NCBI GenBank assembly: GCA_050250895.1
Contig: JBFWNU010000002.1
Coordinates: 96,001-160,000, forward strand
DNA from: Vulcanimicrobiota bacterium
Lineage (GTDB): Bacteria > Vulcanimicrobiota > Xenobia > Xenobiales > JADMJV01
DNA: 64,000 nt
Direction of reading: 5' to 3'
The position numbers were made by a program, and so were the translations under genes. Below, piece after piece: positions 10,014 through 20,454 of this stretch; the first letter of the stretch is position 1; every line of letters starts with the position of its first letter. The notes beneath the pieces are model-generated. The model searched no databases, was not told the origin of the DNA, and was given only the letters and a program-made list of their open reading frames with translations.

Positions 10014-11022
10014 AGCCAAAGATGATGCGCCATAGCCAGGGCAAGAGATCCTTGAGTGGATAGAGCAGCCACATCGTCAACAGGGGAGCCAGCCACAGGT
10101 TGTGGTTGTCGAGCTGGCGCCCCAGGCGGTGGAGCATTTTCTTGATGGTGGTATGGGGGCAGACGGGACGAATGTCGCCACTGAGCACGATCTCTAGCTC
10201 TTTACGCAGCTCGGCGATGTTGGCAAAACGCTGCGCGGGGTCGCGCTTGAGCGCTCGCGAGATGATGCGGCTGGTTTCGCGTGGCACCCGGCCCTGAACC
10301 GGGTGCACGTGCGACTCGGCCGCGGGTGGGTCGTGGTAGAGGATCGAAGTCAAGAGCTGGCTGCGATTGTCGCTGGGGTGCGGCTTCTCCAGCGCGAACA
10401 GCTGATAGAGCAGCACGCCCAGCCCGTATTGGTCGGTGGCTTCGCTGGTCACCCCCTCGAGTTGCTCGGGGGCGGCGCATTCCATGGTGCCATAAAACTC
10501 GCCCGAAGAGTCCTCGTCCGAACTCTCTTTGACCAACCCCCAGTCCATCAGCCAGACCTCGCCGTGGCCGCCCAGCATGACGTTGTCGGGCTTGATATCG
10601 CGGTGGAGAAAGCCGCGTTCGTGGGCAAAGATCAGGGCGTCACACAGGGCCATGGCGATCTGCAGGCGGCGGCTGAAGGTCATCTCTTCGTGGGTGGCTC
10701 GGTCACCCGCTCTCAGACGGTCGATCACCGCCCCCAGAGTCTCGCCTTCCACCAGCTTGAGCACGAAAAACGGGCTGCCGTCCTCACCCTGGCCAAACTC
10801 GTAGACGGGCGGGATGCTAGGGTGCTCGAGGCGCCCGGTGACCCGGGCTTCGAGCACGAAGCGCTGCTGGGCCTCGTCGCTCTGGCTCAATTCGCCCCGC
10901 AGCGACTTGACCGCCACCTCGCGATCCAGGCGAGGGTCGTGGGCTCGATAGACCACTCCCATCCCGCCACGGCCAAGCTCATGAACCTCGTCAAACCGGT
11001 TGAAAAGAACGCCTTCCTGCAT
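10012..11022 (-). CDS. Hanks-type Ser/Thr protein kinase
   Basis: LGRGGMGVVY, VAVK, HRDIKPDN, DWG, APE; start moved to MQEGVLF. Confidence 0.92.
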   Translation of the reverse strand: MQEGVLFNRFDEVHELGRGGMGVVYRAHDPRLDREVAVKSLRGELSQSDEAQQRFVLEARVTGRLEHPSIPPVYEFGQGEDGSPFFVLKLVEGETLGAVIDRLRAGDRATHEEMTFSRRLQIAMALCDALIFAHERGFLHRDIKPDNVMLGGHGEVWLMDWGLVKESSDEDSSGEFYGTMECAAPEQLEGVTSEATDQYGLGVLLYQLFALEKPHPSDNRSQLLTSILYHDPPAAESHVHPVQGRVPRETSRIISRALKRDPAQRFANIAELRKELEIVLSGDIRPVCPHTTIKKMLHRLGRQLDNHNLWLAPLLTMWLLYPLKDLLPWLWRIIFG

Positions 11023-11211
11023 CCGCCATCCATTCCAGGCCCGGCGCGGAGCGCCTGCCGGCAGGCCGATGTAACGTCCCCCGGCCAGAGCGAAGACTGG
11101 CCGGGTAAACTCCGCCAGGCCGGGGTCACGAGTAATGAGCGAAGTGGAAACACAATCTTCAAGATCTCGCAGCCCCCGAGCCGATAGGCTGGCCCCGGAG
11201 GATAGACATAA

Positions 11212-11799
11212 GTGATTCAACCCTGTACTCTCACAACCCCCACCCCCACCCCCCGGCGCGCCTCGGCGCCGCCGCCCACATCCGAGGGGCTGGGTGACTG
11301 CTTTGAAAAGGCGGCCCGCTGGGTGGCCGGCAAAGTGGTCGGAGTGGTCTTCGGCACCAGCGGTCTGGTGGCCAACGCCGCCGCTGGCGGTGCCCGCGGC
11401 ACCCTGCACGCGGCCCGGGTCGAAAGTAACCACCAGGAACTTCTATTTCAGGCCGGCATGACGGCCAACATGGCCGCCCTGGGCGCCCTCGGCGGCGGTC
11501 CCGCCGGAGCTGTCCTGGGCGTGGCCGGTGGCCACCTGCTGTGGCGAATTCAGGGCGAGAAAGTGCGCGAGCGCGTGCTCACCAAGTCGGACCAGTGGGT
11601 CGACAAGGTGCTCGAGAAACTGCCCGGCGACCCCGACCAGGCCGGCCGCCTCAGAAGAGTGGCTAACGGCGTGGTGGGTGAGGTGGTCGGCACGGCCGCC
11701 GGAGCCGTCGGCGGCACCTTCGCCATGTTCGAGCAAGGCGAGCAATACGGCCAGTCGCTGTTTGACGAAATGACCGGCAAAGAGCCTCCCCAGGGCTAA
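11212..11799 (+). CDS. Hypothetical glycine-zipper/membrane protein with a low-complexity N-terminus
   Basis: GGAGG RBS upstream; Gly/Ala-rich hydrophobic segments. Confidence 0.7.
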   Translation: MIQPCTLTTPTPTPRRASAPPPTSEGLGDCFEKAARWVAGKVVGVVFGTSGLVANAAAGGARGTLHAARVESNHQELLFQAGMTANMAALGALGGGPAGAVLGVAGGHLLWRIQGEKVRERVLTKSDQWVDKVLEKLPGDPDQAGRLRRVANGVVGEVVGTAAGAVGGTFAMFEQGEQYGQSLFDEMTGKEPPQG

Positions 11800-12215
11800 G
11801 CGTTCAACATCGCGCGGAGCTGCGACGGGGTGTAGACCGGCAGCGGCGAACCCACGAAGCCGCTCAGGTCGCGAGTTACGATAGCCTCGACCCTGACCGC
11901 CTGGCCGCAGGCAATCTGCACATCGTCTTCATAATCGGCACCCTCAAGGGCCTGGGCCGCTGCGAGCACGAGCCGGTCGACCGGGGCGATCTCGAAAGTC
12001 TCGAGGCAAACAACCACCGCCTTCCGGGCCCGCTCGCGGTCAGTCAACTTGCGGGCAACATAGTAGATGTCGGTGAGGGTCGAGGCCGGTAGGCAGGCCA
12101 CCAGTCGCGATTCGTCGATCGCTCGCCAGAGAGCCGCGGCGTCTTCAAGCCAGGGGGAGCGGGCTAGCAAGACATCGAGTACGACGTTGGTGTCGAACAG
12201 AACGCGAAGCGTCAC
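11796..12215 (-). CDS. PIN-domain (VapC-like) toxin
   Basis: RVLFDTNVVLD, DYEDDVQ, IVTRD. Confidence 0.9.
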   Translation of the reverse strand: MTLRVLFDTNVVLDVLLARSPWLEDAAALWRAIDESRLVACLPASTLTDIYYVARKLTDRERARKAVVVCLETFEIAPVDRLVLAAAQALEGADYEDDVQIACGQAVRVEAIVTRDLSGFVGSPLPVYTPSQLRAMLNA

Positions 12216-12457
12216 TTCTCGAGGCGGCGCTGGGCCAAAAGGCGCTCGATCGCCTCGTCGTCGGGCGGTGCCTGGGGTCCAGCCAGCAAACCGAGGGCCC
12301 TTTCGAAGGTGGGGCTGCGTTGTTCGTCCTGTTCGACCAGGTAGGCGATGTAGTCCACCAGTTGGGACTGGCGACCCCGCTCGACCACATAGCCTCGCTT
12401 GCGTGCAGCTTCGACGAGACGCCGTTTTAGCTCAGCGGGAAGGTAAATGGAACTCAT
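12212..12457 (-). CDS. Putative antitoxin
   Basis: 81 aa, RHH-like start (SIYLPAELKRRL), GTGA overlap with the PIN gene. Confidence 0.75.
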   Translation of the reverse strand: MSSIYLPAELKRRLVEAARKRGYVVERGRQSQLVDYIAYLVEQDEQRSPTFERALGLLAGPQAPPDDEAIERLLAQRRLEK

Positions 12458-12818
12458 TGTCGAGATTATTCTATAGTTTGATTGGCGGGGGAGTCAAGGC
12501 GGCAGCCGGCCGACCCGGCCGAGCAGTCGGTCGGCTCTCTGCTTGAGGAATGGCGGCAGCGCGCTGGACCCAAGAATTTCTAGAAATTTCTCGGCAGCCG
12601 CGGTTTTCCCCCGAATCCACCTCCACGATCAACCATAGCCGTGAGAGCGCCACAGCTTCGCTCTGAGCCATCTCTGCGTAAAATTTGGTTTCGACCTCAT
12701 CACGAGGCCGCCGAGGCCCGGACATCATCTCTCGTGGCGCCATTGGATCCCATAACCAAGCCGTTTTTGGCTGTTCGCTTTTTTGCTCGAACGGACCCCA
12801 AGCAGCTAAAATCAGAGG

Positions 12819-13952
12819 ATGAACCCTCTTCAATTCACCCGTCAAAACCTCGTCGAACTCGAAGCCCTGGATCTCCATCAACTCGTTCAACAAGCAGCCG
12901 TCAACCTGGTCCGGCATCGTCTGCTCCTTGGACGCTGTCTGCTAGCTTTGCAGCTCACCGGTCATTACCGCGACTACGGATGCAGCAGCCCCATCCACTA
13001 CGCCATTCGTGTGCTGGGCCTGAACAAGAAAGAAGCCACTACCTGTCGCCGAGTGGCCTTCCGCCTTGAAGACCTGCCGCTGCTCACTGCCGCCGCCGAG
13101 TCGGGCCACCTCGGCTGGGCCAAGTTGCGTGAAATCGTCAGCAAGGCCAGCCCCGAAACCGAAGCCCTGTGGCTGGAGCTAGCCGCCCGTTACAACGCCA
13201 CCACCATCGCTCGACTGGCCGCAATCACTCCCGACGGTGGCCTTCCGGGCCAGGCCAAGCCCACCGAAGCCGAATGCGAAGAACTCACCCTGCGTCTGAC
13301 CCCAGAGAATCGCGAACTGGTTCGCCTCGGCTTGCAATCGCTCTCTCTCGAACTGGGTCGCAAAGTCGAGTTCAGCGAGGCCATCGGCTTGCTCTTCGCC
13401 GAACGCCTGCAGGCTCGTCCGGTCACCGAGAGAGATGTCGAGAAGATGCGGGCTCGGGCCACCGCCGTCGTCGAATCGCACGAGCGCCGCCTGGCCGAAC
13501 CGCTGGCCCAGGCCCACAAGGTGGCTGTCGAGTTGGGCCTGGCTCATGGTCCCATGCGGGACGAGGAACTCTTCGAGGCCACCACCGCGATGACCACTGA
13601 GGATTGCCCCGAGGCTGATGCCCAGCTCGTCTGTCGAGCCAAGCCTCACTGGCAGCCTTCCAACCAGCTCGCCTTCAACCCCGAGGCCCGCGGCCTCACC
13701 CCCGCCCAGACCGAGTGCCTCAAGATTCGCGACTGTTACTGCTGCCAAACCCCCGACTGTCCCAACCATCTCTGGCTTCAAGCTCACCACATCCGCTACT
13801 ACTCCGCCGACGGCCCGACCGTGCCAAAGAATCTGGTCTTTCTCTGCTCTGCCTGTCACCGCAACGTCCACGAGGGATACCTGCGCATCGAAGGCGAGGC
13901 TCCTGATGATTTGACCTTTGAGGATGGGGAAGGCAGGAAGTTCGAGGATTGA
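12819..13952 (+). CDS. HNH endonuclease domain protein (helical N-terminus, DUF222-like layout)
   Basis: RDCYCCQTPDC...HHI...GPT...NLVFLCSACHRNVH. Confidence 0.88.
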   Translation: MNPLQFTRQNLVELEALDLHQLVQQAAVNLVRHRLLLGRCLLALQLTGHYRDYGCSSPIHYAIRVLGLNKKEATTCRRVAFRLEDLPLLTAAAESGHLGWAKLREIVSKASPETEALWLELAARYNATTIARLAAITPDGGLPGQAKPTEAECEELTLRLTPENRELVRLGLQSLSLELGRKVEFSEAIGLLFAERLQARPVTERDVEKMRARATAVVESHERRLAEPLAQAHKVAVELGLAHGPMRDEELFEATTAMTTEDCPEADAQLVCRAKPHWQPSNQLAFNPEARGLTPAQTECLKIRDCYCCQTPDCPNHLWLQAHHIRYYSADGPTVPKNLVFLCSACHRNVHEGYLRIEGEAPDDLTFEDGEGRKFED

Positions 13953-14122
13953 GACGCTGGGTCCGTGTCCCCGTTGGTCCGCGCGGGTTTTTCTAATCGG
14001 AAGCTCTCTGAGTAGGCGAACGTTACTTTAGGCGACGCTGGGCCAAAAATTGCGGCATGGTCCATCGGGCAACGTGCGACTCCCGTGGCACAGGGGCTTG
14101 ACCAGGCTGCTAAGATCCGGTC

Positions 14123-15403
14123 ATGGATCAATTCGAACTCGAACAGGTCCTCAGCCAGGCGCGGGAGCTTCTGCCCGACGCGCAGGCTGCCTATGGCCGT
14201 TTGCGCGGGCTGCTGGATTACCCCGGTCAGCTCGACAGCGCGGCTGCCTTTCGGGCCGCCTTCGACGCCTTCGCCCTGATTTGCGACGCTCGCCCAACGC
14301 CTGATCTCGCCCAACTCGCCCGCGCCGCTGACCCCCAAGACCCCAATAGCCTTTTTGCTTTCGCCCATCGGGCCTACGAGTATGGACTGCACGCGTTCGC
14401 GGCCACCTGTCTGGCCCGAGCCCATCAGCTCGACCCGGGTGGGGATTTCCTGGCCGAGCTAGTAGCCAACCTCGAGGAGCTTCGCCTCAACCGTGAAGCC
14501 GTCCGTTTGCTGCAACAGAGCCCCGTTGACCAGGACCCCTGGCTGGCCTATCTTCTAGGCTTTCACGCTTTGATGAGCGGAGACACCGAGCTGCCTCATC
14601 GCCTGCTACCCCGGCTGCTCGCCCAAAACGACGACAACCTGGCCCTGGCCGTAGTCCAGTTGCAAGCCATGGTCGAGCGCGCCCGCCGGTTGGCTTGTAG
14701 CGAGCTGCGCGGCTGGCATCTCGCTCTCAACGCCAGCCTCCTGTTGTTCGTCAGTCCGGATGGATTCGACCGTGGCATGAATGGTCGTTACGCCTTCGTC
14801 CAGGACTACTACGCCCAATGCCGCCAGGGGCTCGTCTTGCTGGGCGAGGCGCTCGACGCGCTTGGGCTGTCCGTCCCCCGGGTCTTCGCTCTCCAGGACC
14901 GCTCCAGTCAGATCCTGGCCGAGGCGGCGGCCGCCTTTTTCTCGGCGCCGCTGGCTGCCTGGCCGTCGGAGCTGCCCGGCCTGGCGGTAGCCTACGACCT
15001 CGACCGTGTGGACAACCGCGACCTGGAGCCGCTGGCTCACCATCGCCCTGGCCAGCTCCTTTTCGCTCACGCCAGCTGCTGGACCAGCCCCTTCCCGATG
15101 GCACCTGACTTCACCACCTTTCTCTACCAGTACAACTCCGCCCCCTGGGATGAGCGCATGCGGTTTAGCCCGGACGGCGAGAGCGAGATGCAGCCCGCCG
15201 ATCCCTCGCCCGCCGAAGAGTTGGGACGCCGGATCCTCGACAGTCAGGACGAGTGGCCCAGCCACGGCGGAGTCGAGCCTCTGCTCGAGCTGTGCGCCGC
15301 CGCTCGCCGGTTGCCCCAGGAGTGTACCATCGGCTGCTATCGGCAAGATGGGTTACGCACCCGCCAACGCGCCGGCTCGCCGATCTCCAGCAACTCGTTC
15401 TAG
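14123..15403 (+). CDS. Hypothetical protein with a TPR-like N-terminal half
   Basis: Long ORF with host-like codon usage; helical repeats (LARAHQLDPG). Confidence 0.7.
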   Translation: MDQFELEQVLSQARELLPDAQAAYGRLRGLLDYPGQLDSAAAFRAAFDAFALICDARPTPDLAQLARAADPQDPNSLFAFAHRAYEYGLHAFAATCLARAHQLDPGGDFLAELVANLEELRLNREAVRLLQQSPVDQDPWLAYLLGFHALMSGDTELPHRLLPRLLAQNDDNLALAVVQLQAMVERARRLACSELRGWHLALNASLLLFVSPDGFDRGMNGRYAFVQDYYAQCRQGLVLLGEALDALGLSVPRVFALQDRSSQILAEAAAAFFSAPLAAWPSELPGLAVAYDLDRVDNRDLEPLAHHRPGQLLFAHASCWTSPFPMAPDFTTFLYQYNSAPWDERMRFSPDGESEMQPADPSPAEELGRRILDSQDEWPSHGGVEPLLELCAAARRLPQECTIGCYRQDGLRTRQRAGSPISSNSF

Positions 15404-16752
15404 ACACTCAATCCCGGTGCAAACCAGAGCCGGAAGGTGGTTCCCACTCCTAGCTCGCTGTCGACCTCGACCCGACCGCCCTGGGCCAGCATCAGCCGGC
15501 GCACGATGGCCAGGCCCAGCCCGCTCCCACCGTCGCGGCGAGCCCGGCCCTGGTCGACCCGATAGAAGCGGTCGAAGATCCGGGGCAGTTCGCCAGCCGG
15601 AATGCCCGCGCCATCATCGCGCACGCTCAGGCACCCATCTTCATAGGCGACCTCTACCATGCCCCTCGAGGCGGCTCGGGCATTGTCGATCAGGTTGGAG
15701 AGCACGTGCCGGAGCGCTACCGGGTGGGCCAGCACATGGGCCGAGCCCACCCGCGCGGTCACGCCAAGTTCATCCACCACCTCGGCCAACTCCACCCACT
15801 CTAGCGGCAAAGGGCCTTCGAAGCGGTGCAACGTGAGCAAGTCATGCACCAGCTTCTGCAGGCGCAGCTGTTCTTTTCGAACCAGCCGCAGCAAGTCGGG
15901 ACCACCGCCTTCGTCTAGAGCGTCCAAAAGAGCGGCCATGCAGGCCAGCGGGGTTTTCAGCTCATGCGAGGCATCGGCCACGAAGCGACGCTGGCTTTCA
16001 TCGCGCCGGGCCAGACGAGTGGCCATTTCTTGAAAGCTAGACACCAGCATCCGCAGCTCCGCGCAGCCTCCGCCCAGGCGAGGGTCGGCAAAGTCACCCG
16101 AGGCGATGCGACACGACCAGGCCGCCACCCGCGCCACCGGCGCGGCCACCCAGCGTGAGAGGGCAAAGGCCAGCATGGTGGCCACCGTCAGGCAGCTCAG
16201 CAGGAGTCCGGCCAGGCTCTCTTGCCAGCGCAACTGCTCGAGGCGCAATCCCACCAGGGAGCGACTCAGGTGCACGGAGCCGCCCCGGCAGGGAACCACC
16301 ACCGTCAGGGTCTTCACGGCCCGCAGTTCGCCATGCCACGGACTCTCGGGCGGCAGGTCACTCATCACTACCGTCATCCCCTCTCCCCGGGCTCGGGCTA
16401 TCGCCGGCGACTCGAAACGAGAGGTAGTGAAAGCGTTGGGGCGAGCCCCCGGACGCCGTCCCACCCAGGCCAGAGCCGTGCCTCCGCCGCTATCGTCGAC
16501 CACCCAACCGTCGCGGTCCACCAGCCGGATGCGAGTTTCGAAGGCCAGGCCCAATCTTCGCAATTGGCGCGAAAGAGCGGCTGAGTCATGGTCCCAAAGA
16601 CCGGCCACCAGCCCGGCTACGGCCGTCGACTCGGCTACCACCGCCCGCTCGGCCTGCTCTTGCTGGCGCTCGAGCAACACATAACCCGGCACCAGGAGGC
16701 AAAAGGCGATCAAAGCCAGATAAGAGATGAAGAGGCTCCGTCCTAGACTCAC
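15400..16752 (-). CDS. Sensor histidine kinase (HAMP-HisKA-HATPase)
   Basis: Two TM segments, ASHELKTPL, NLIDNA, DDGAG, GSGLGL. Confidence 0.93.
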   Translation of the reverse strand: MSLGRSLFISYLALIAFCLLVPGYVLLERQQEQAERAVVAESTAVAGLVAGLWDHDSAALSRQLRRLGLAFETRIRLVDRDGWVVDDSGGGTALAWVGRRPGARPNAFTTSRFESPAIARARGEGMTVVMSDLPPESPWHGELRAVKTLTVVVPCRGGSVHLSRSLVGLRLEQLRWQESLAGLLLSCLTVATMLAFALSRWVAAPVARVAAWSCRIASGDFADPRLGGGCAELRMLVSSFQEMATRLARRDESQRRFVADASHELKTPLACMAALLDALDEGGGPDLLRLVRKEQLRLQKLVHDLLTLHRFEGPLPLEWVELAEVVDELGVTARVGSAHVLAHPVALRHVLSNLIDNARAASRGMVEVAYEDGCLSVRDDGAGIPAGELPRIFDRFYRVDQGRARRDGGSGLGLAIVRRLMLAQGGRVEVDSELGVGTTFRLWFAPGLSV

Positions 16753-17417
16753 TCGACCTCCAGTCGGTAGCCCACCCCGCGGACCGTCACCAACATGCCC
16801 TCGGGCAGTTTCTCGCGCAGCCTTCGCACTGCCATGTTGACGGTGGCGTCATCGCCCGAATAGCGCCAGCCCCAGACCTCGCGCAAGAGTTGCTGGCGCG
16901 GCACCGCCACCCCCGGCCGCTCCAGCAGATACTCCAGTAGCCCGTACTCTCGCGGAGCCAGCTCGAGCGGCTGCTGGTCCAACCACACTCTTCGGGCTGC
17001 TCGATCCAGCCGCAACCGCCCGGCCGCCAGGCCACTGGTCTGTTCTCCGGTGAGACGTCGATAGCGCCGCAGGTGAGCTCGAATGCGGGCCAGCACCTCA
17101 CGGGTGGCAAAAGGCTTGGTGATGTAATCGTCGGCCCCGACCTCCAACCCGATCACCTTATCGACCTCGTCATCGAGCGCCGTCAGCAACAGAATAGGCC
17201 GATCATAGCCGTCCGCCCGCAGGCTTCGGCAAGCTTCCAGGCCATCCAGGCGGGGCATCAAGATGTCCAACAAGATGGCGTCAAAGACCGACGAGGCCGC
17301 CAGCCGCAGGGCCTGCTCGCCGTCCAAGGCCGTCCGCACCTCGAAGCCGTTGGCCTCGAGGCTAAAACGCAGACCGTGCAGCAGCGACTCCTCGTCGTCG
17401 ACCAGCAAGATTCTCAC
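16749..17417 (-). CDS. OmpR/PhoB-family response regulator
   Basis: ILLVDDE, LDILMP, GADDYITKPF, TVRGVGY. Confidence 0.95.
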   Translation of the reverse strand: MRILLVDDEESLLHGLRFSLEANGFEVRTALDGEQALRLAASSVFDAILLDILMPRLDGLEACRSLRADGYDRPILLLTALDDEVDKVIGLEVGADDYITKPFATREVLARIRAHLRRYRRLTGEQTSGLAAGRLRLDRAARRVWLDQQPLELAPREYGLLEYLLERPGVAVPRQQLLREVWGWRYSGDDATVNMAVRRLREKLPEGMLVTVRGVGYRLEVE

Positions 17418-18949
17418 GAGTGATTCCGCCAGGCCGCATAGCGCCGCACGATTTCGTGAAACTCGCGACGGTCCGGCTCCCGGCAGTCCATGGTGGCTTG
17501 CACCACCCGGTCGAGACTACCACCCTCGTGGCGTAAGACCATTCCGAATTCCGCCACGGCGCTGGCGAAACGAAAGTCCTCCGAAGCCTCGTCGAGGGTC
17601 ACTCCATAGTCGGTCAGCACGCCGTCGATCAACTGACTTTCCCACCCACCGGGCTGCTTATAGCGGATCTTCAGGCGAGCCACCCGGCCCGGCCCCGAGA
17701 CGGGCTCGAACTCATACAAGGCTGTAACCGATTGCCCCGAACCCATCTCGCCTGCGTCCTTGCGGTCGTCGGCAAAGTCCTGGTTCTCCAAGACGCGGTT
17801 CGAATAGCCCACCAGGCGATAACTGCGCACTCGCTCGCGGTCGAACTCGAGCTGCAGCTTGACGTCCTGGACCACCGTCACCAGCGTCCCCCCGGCCTGC
17901 TCCACCAGCACGCGTCTGGCCTCGCTCAGACTATCGATGTAGGCATAATTTCCGTTGCCGTGGTCGGCCAGTTTTTCGAGCCCCGAGTCATTGAGGTTAT
18001 CGCGTCCAAAGCCCAGAACCGACAGAGCCACGCCCGACTCTCGCATGCGCTCGATTAGCTCAATCAGCGCCTCGTCGTTGCTCGCGCCCACGTTAAAGTC
18101 ACCGTCGGTAGCCAGAATCACCCGATTCACTCCATCTTTCACGAAGTTCCGGCGGGCGACGTGATAGGCCAGGGCTATCCCCTCGCCGCCATTGGTCGAG
18201 CCGCCGGCCTCGAGATGCTCGATAGCCTCGAGAATCGCCCCTCTTCGCTCGGCCTCGGTCGAATCGAGCACCAGCCCGGCCGCCCCCGCGTAGACCACTA
18301 CGGCCACCCGGTCGTGAGGGTTCAAATGCTCCACCAGGGTGGCCAGACCGCGCTTGAGCAGCGGCAGCTTGTCGTCGGATTGCATCGAACCCGATACGTC
18401 GATCAGGAAGACCAGGTTGCAGCGGGGCAGTTGCTGCGGATGCATCTCGCGAGCCTTCAGACCGATGCGCAGCAATCGCTTTTCGGGGGCCCAGGGACAG
18501 TCCGCCACCTCCCCGGTGATGGCTAACGGCAGGTCTCGCACGGGAGCCGGGTAGTCGTAGTGAAAGTAGTTGAGCATCTCTTCAATGCGTACGGCCGCTT
18601 TGGGCACCGGTTGGCCGTCGCGCAAAATGCGGCGGACGTTGCTGTAGCTGGCCGTATCCACATCCACCGAGAAGGTCGAGACCGCCTCTTGGGCTACCGC
18701 CTGAACAGGGTTGGGCGGCGACCAGTCATAGCTGGGTCCATCCACACGTTCGATCAAGCCCTGCACGGCCGTATACTGCGGATAGTTCGGCGGCAAAGGT
18801 TGCACCTTGAAGCGGCCCGGGACGGGCAAGTCTCCCAGGCCCCACCAGTTGGCCGCGACCTGAACGGCCGGGTCGACCCGCGACCACAACACCAGACCGA
18901 CTACCAGGGCCAGCCCAAACAAGGTAAGGAATACAGCATTTTTTTTCAT
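17414..18949 (-). CDS. YfbK-like von Willebrand factor A domain protein
   Basis: STFSVDVDTASY, MIDAS DVSGS, GGSTNG, LATDGDFNVG; N-terminal membrane anchor. Confidence 0.9.
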   Translation of the reverse strand: MKKNAVFLTLFGLALVVGLVLWSRVDPAVQVAANWWGLGDLPVPGRFKVQPLPPNYPQYTAVQGLIERVDGPSYDWSPPNPVQAVAQEAVSTFSVDVDTASYSNVRRILRDGQPVPKAAVRIEEMLNYFHYDYPAPVRDLPLAITGEVADCPWAPEKRLLRIGLKAREMHPQQLPRCNLVFLIDVSGSMQSDDKLPLLKRGLATLVEHLNPHDRVAVVVYAGAAGLVLDSTEAERRGAILEAIEHLEAGGSTNGGEGIALAYHVARRNFVKDGVNRVILATDGDFNVGASNDEALIELIERMRESGVALSVLGFGRDNLNDSGLEKLADHGNGNYAYIDSLSEARRVLVEQAGGTLVTVVQDVKLQLEFDRERVRSYRLVGYSNRVLENQDFADDRKDAGEMGSGQSVTALYEFEPVSGPGRVARLKIRYKQPGGWESQLIDGVLTDYGVTLDEASEDFRFASAVAEFGMVLRHEGGSLDRVVQATMDCREPDRREFHEIVRRYAAWRNHS

Positions 18950-18972
18950 AGGCCGAGCATAGGCCTGACCCC

Positions 18973-19003
18973 GATAACCGTTCCATCACGGTTTCATAAC
19001 GGT
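18973..19003. promoter_or_regulatory. Three direct repeats at 11-bp period, putative OmpR-family operator
   Basis: GATAACCGT (18973), CATCACGGT (18984), CATAACGGT (18995), just upstream of the VWA-RR-HK operon. Confidence 0.55.
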
Positions 19004-19091
19004 GGTGTCTCTCGACTCGTAACATCTCGGCAATATTCGGAGCAGGTTTTCAATAAGATCCTCTAGCCCGACCCTCTACGCTGAAGTTGCG

Positions 19092-20138
19092 ATGATTAGC
19101 CAGGTAGCCCATTCCAGGTCTGTGACCAGAACGCAGTTGCGCGCTCAGCCGGCCTCCAGGCCCGACCCCAGCGGGGCCAGAGATAGGGTCACACTGTCGC
19201 CATACCAAGCCGCCGATACCGTTCCCGACGGACCGCGTCCCGCCCCGGCCACACCGAGCCAGACCCAGTATGGGCCCGCTCCTGGCGGCCCGGCTCGAGG
19301 ATTGGTGGGGGAACCGAGCAGCAAATGGAGCGCCCCCGATGCGCACGGCTTAAGATCCCGCACGCTGCATTCAGCCGACGGGAAAGAAGGCTGGTATCAG
19401 TGGAAGTCCCCGGGCCAGCGGCGCGATTACTTTAGCCGGAGCTACAAAGACAAGGGACGCGAGTTCTACGAAGTCCTCAAGGGCAACCAGCACAGTCGCA
19501 TGCAGCTGCTCGGCCAGGCCTTCCGCAATGCCAAACGCGAAGGCTCGGTGCGCCTCACCGACAAGCAAGGCAAAGACCTCGGAGTCGAGGTCCACGGCAA
19601 ACTCACTCCCGCCCAACAAGACCAGCTTCGCAAGGCGATCCAGGATTTGCCCCCGGCCCTGCGCAAATACGCGCGCTCGATCGCTGTGGTCGACAACCTG
19701 GGCCAGCAGGGAACCCGCCACAACGGGCACACCCGCTGGGAATCTCACACTCTCGGCAAAACCGATAGCAAAGGCCGGATCGCCCTCGACCGTCGTCTGC
19801 TCAAAGACCCGAAGAAGCTCTTCGAGACGCTTGCCCACGAGGCCGGTCACGGACTGCAGGTCGACAAGGCGCGCAAGCTCGGCCCCGAGTGGGGCAAGAA
19901 GAGCGTCTCTGGCTATGGCAACACCGACCCCTACGAAGATTATGCCGAGACTGTGGCCTATGTGGCCAAGAACTGGAAAAGCCTGGTCAATGGTGGCCAC
20001 GGAGGCCTCTTGCGCACCGCCGGACAGCCCATCCCCGGCGCCGGACAACGCTCCTCAGACATCACTCGGCGCCCTTCGGCAACCAAGATTCTGCAAGTTC
20101 TCCGGGCCATGGGCTGGCAATCGAGCGGGCAGAATTAG
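19092..20138 (+). CDS. Putative zinc metallopeptidase (HExxH), paralog of 28073-29359
   Basis: LAHEAGHG and VSGYGNTDPYEDYAE; Pro/Ser-rich N-terminus. Confidence 0.75.
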   Translation: MISQVAHSRSVTRTQLRAQPASRPDPSGARDRVTLSPYQAADTVPDGPRPAPATPSQTQYGPAPGGPARGLVGEPSSKWSAPDAHGLRSRTLHSADGKEGWYQWKSPGQRRDYFSRSYKDKGREFYEVLKGNQHSRMQLLGQAFRNAKREGSVRLTDKQGKDLGVEVHGKLTPAQQDQLRKAIQDLPPALRKYARSIAVVDNLGQQGTRHNGHTRWESHTLGKTDSKGRIALDRRLLKDPKKLFETLAHEAGHGLQVDKARKLGPEWGKKSVSGYGNTDPYEDYAETVAYVAKNWKSLVNGGHGGLLRTAGQPIPGAGQRSSDITRRPSATKILQVLRAMGWQSSGQN

Positions 20139-20454
20139 GCTGTCCGCGACTGACCACGCTCACTCTCAGCGGCGTCATCTCCGGCGGGACCGTCCGCACT
20201 CAGGTCGACCTGCGAAGAGCTGTCGGATGGTCCGCCGGGCGACGAGCTCTTCGAGAGGCGACCACCGCCCTGACTACCGAAGCCACTCGGCCGACCAGCC
20301 CGAAACCGCCGTGCCGTCGATGGCCCTCCATCTCAACTCGCAGCAGAGCTCGCGGCGGCGGGCCGGTCCCCCAGAGGACGGCTGTCCGGCGGCGCTTCCC
20401 GGAGAAATTTCAAAAAGACTTCGGCCCAGAGCGAAAACAGGCCCTGGGCGACCC

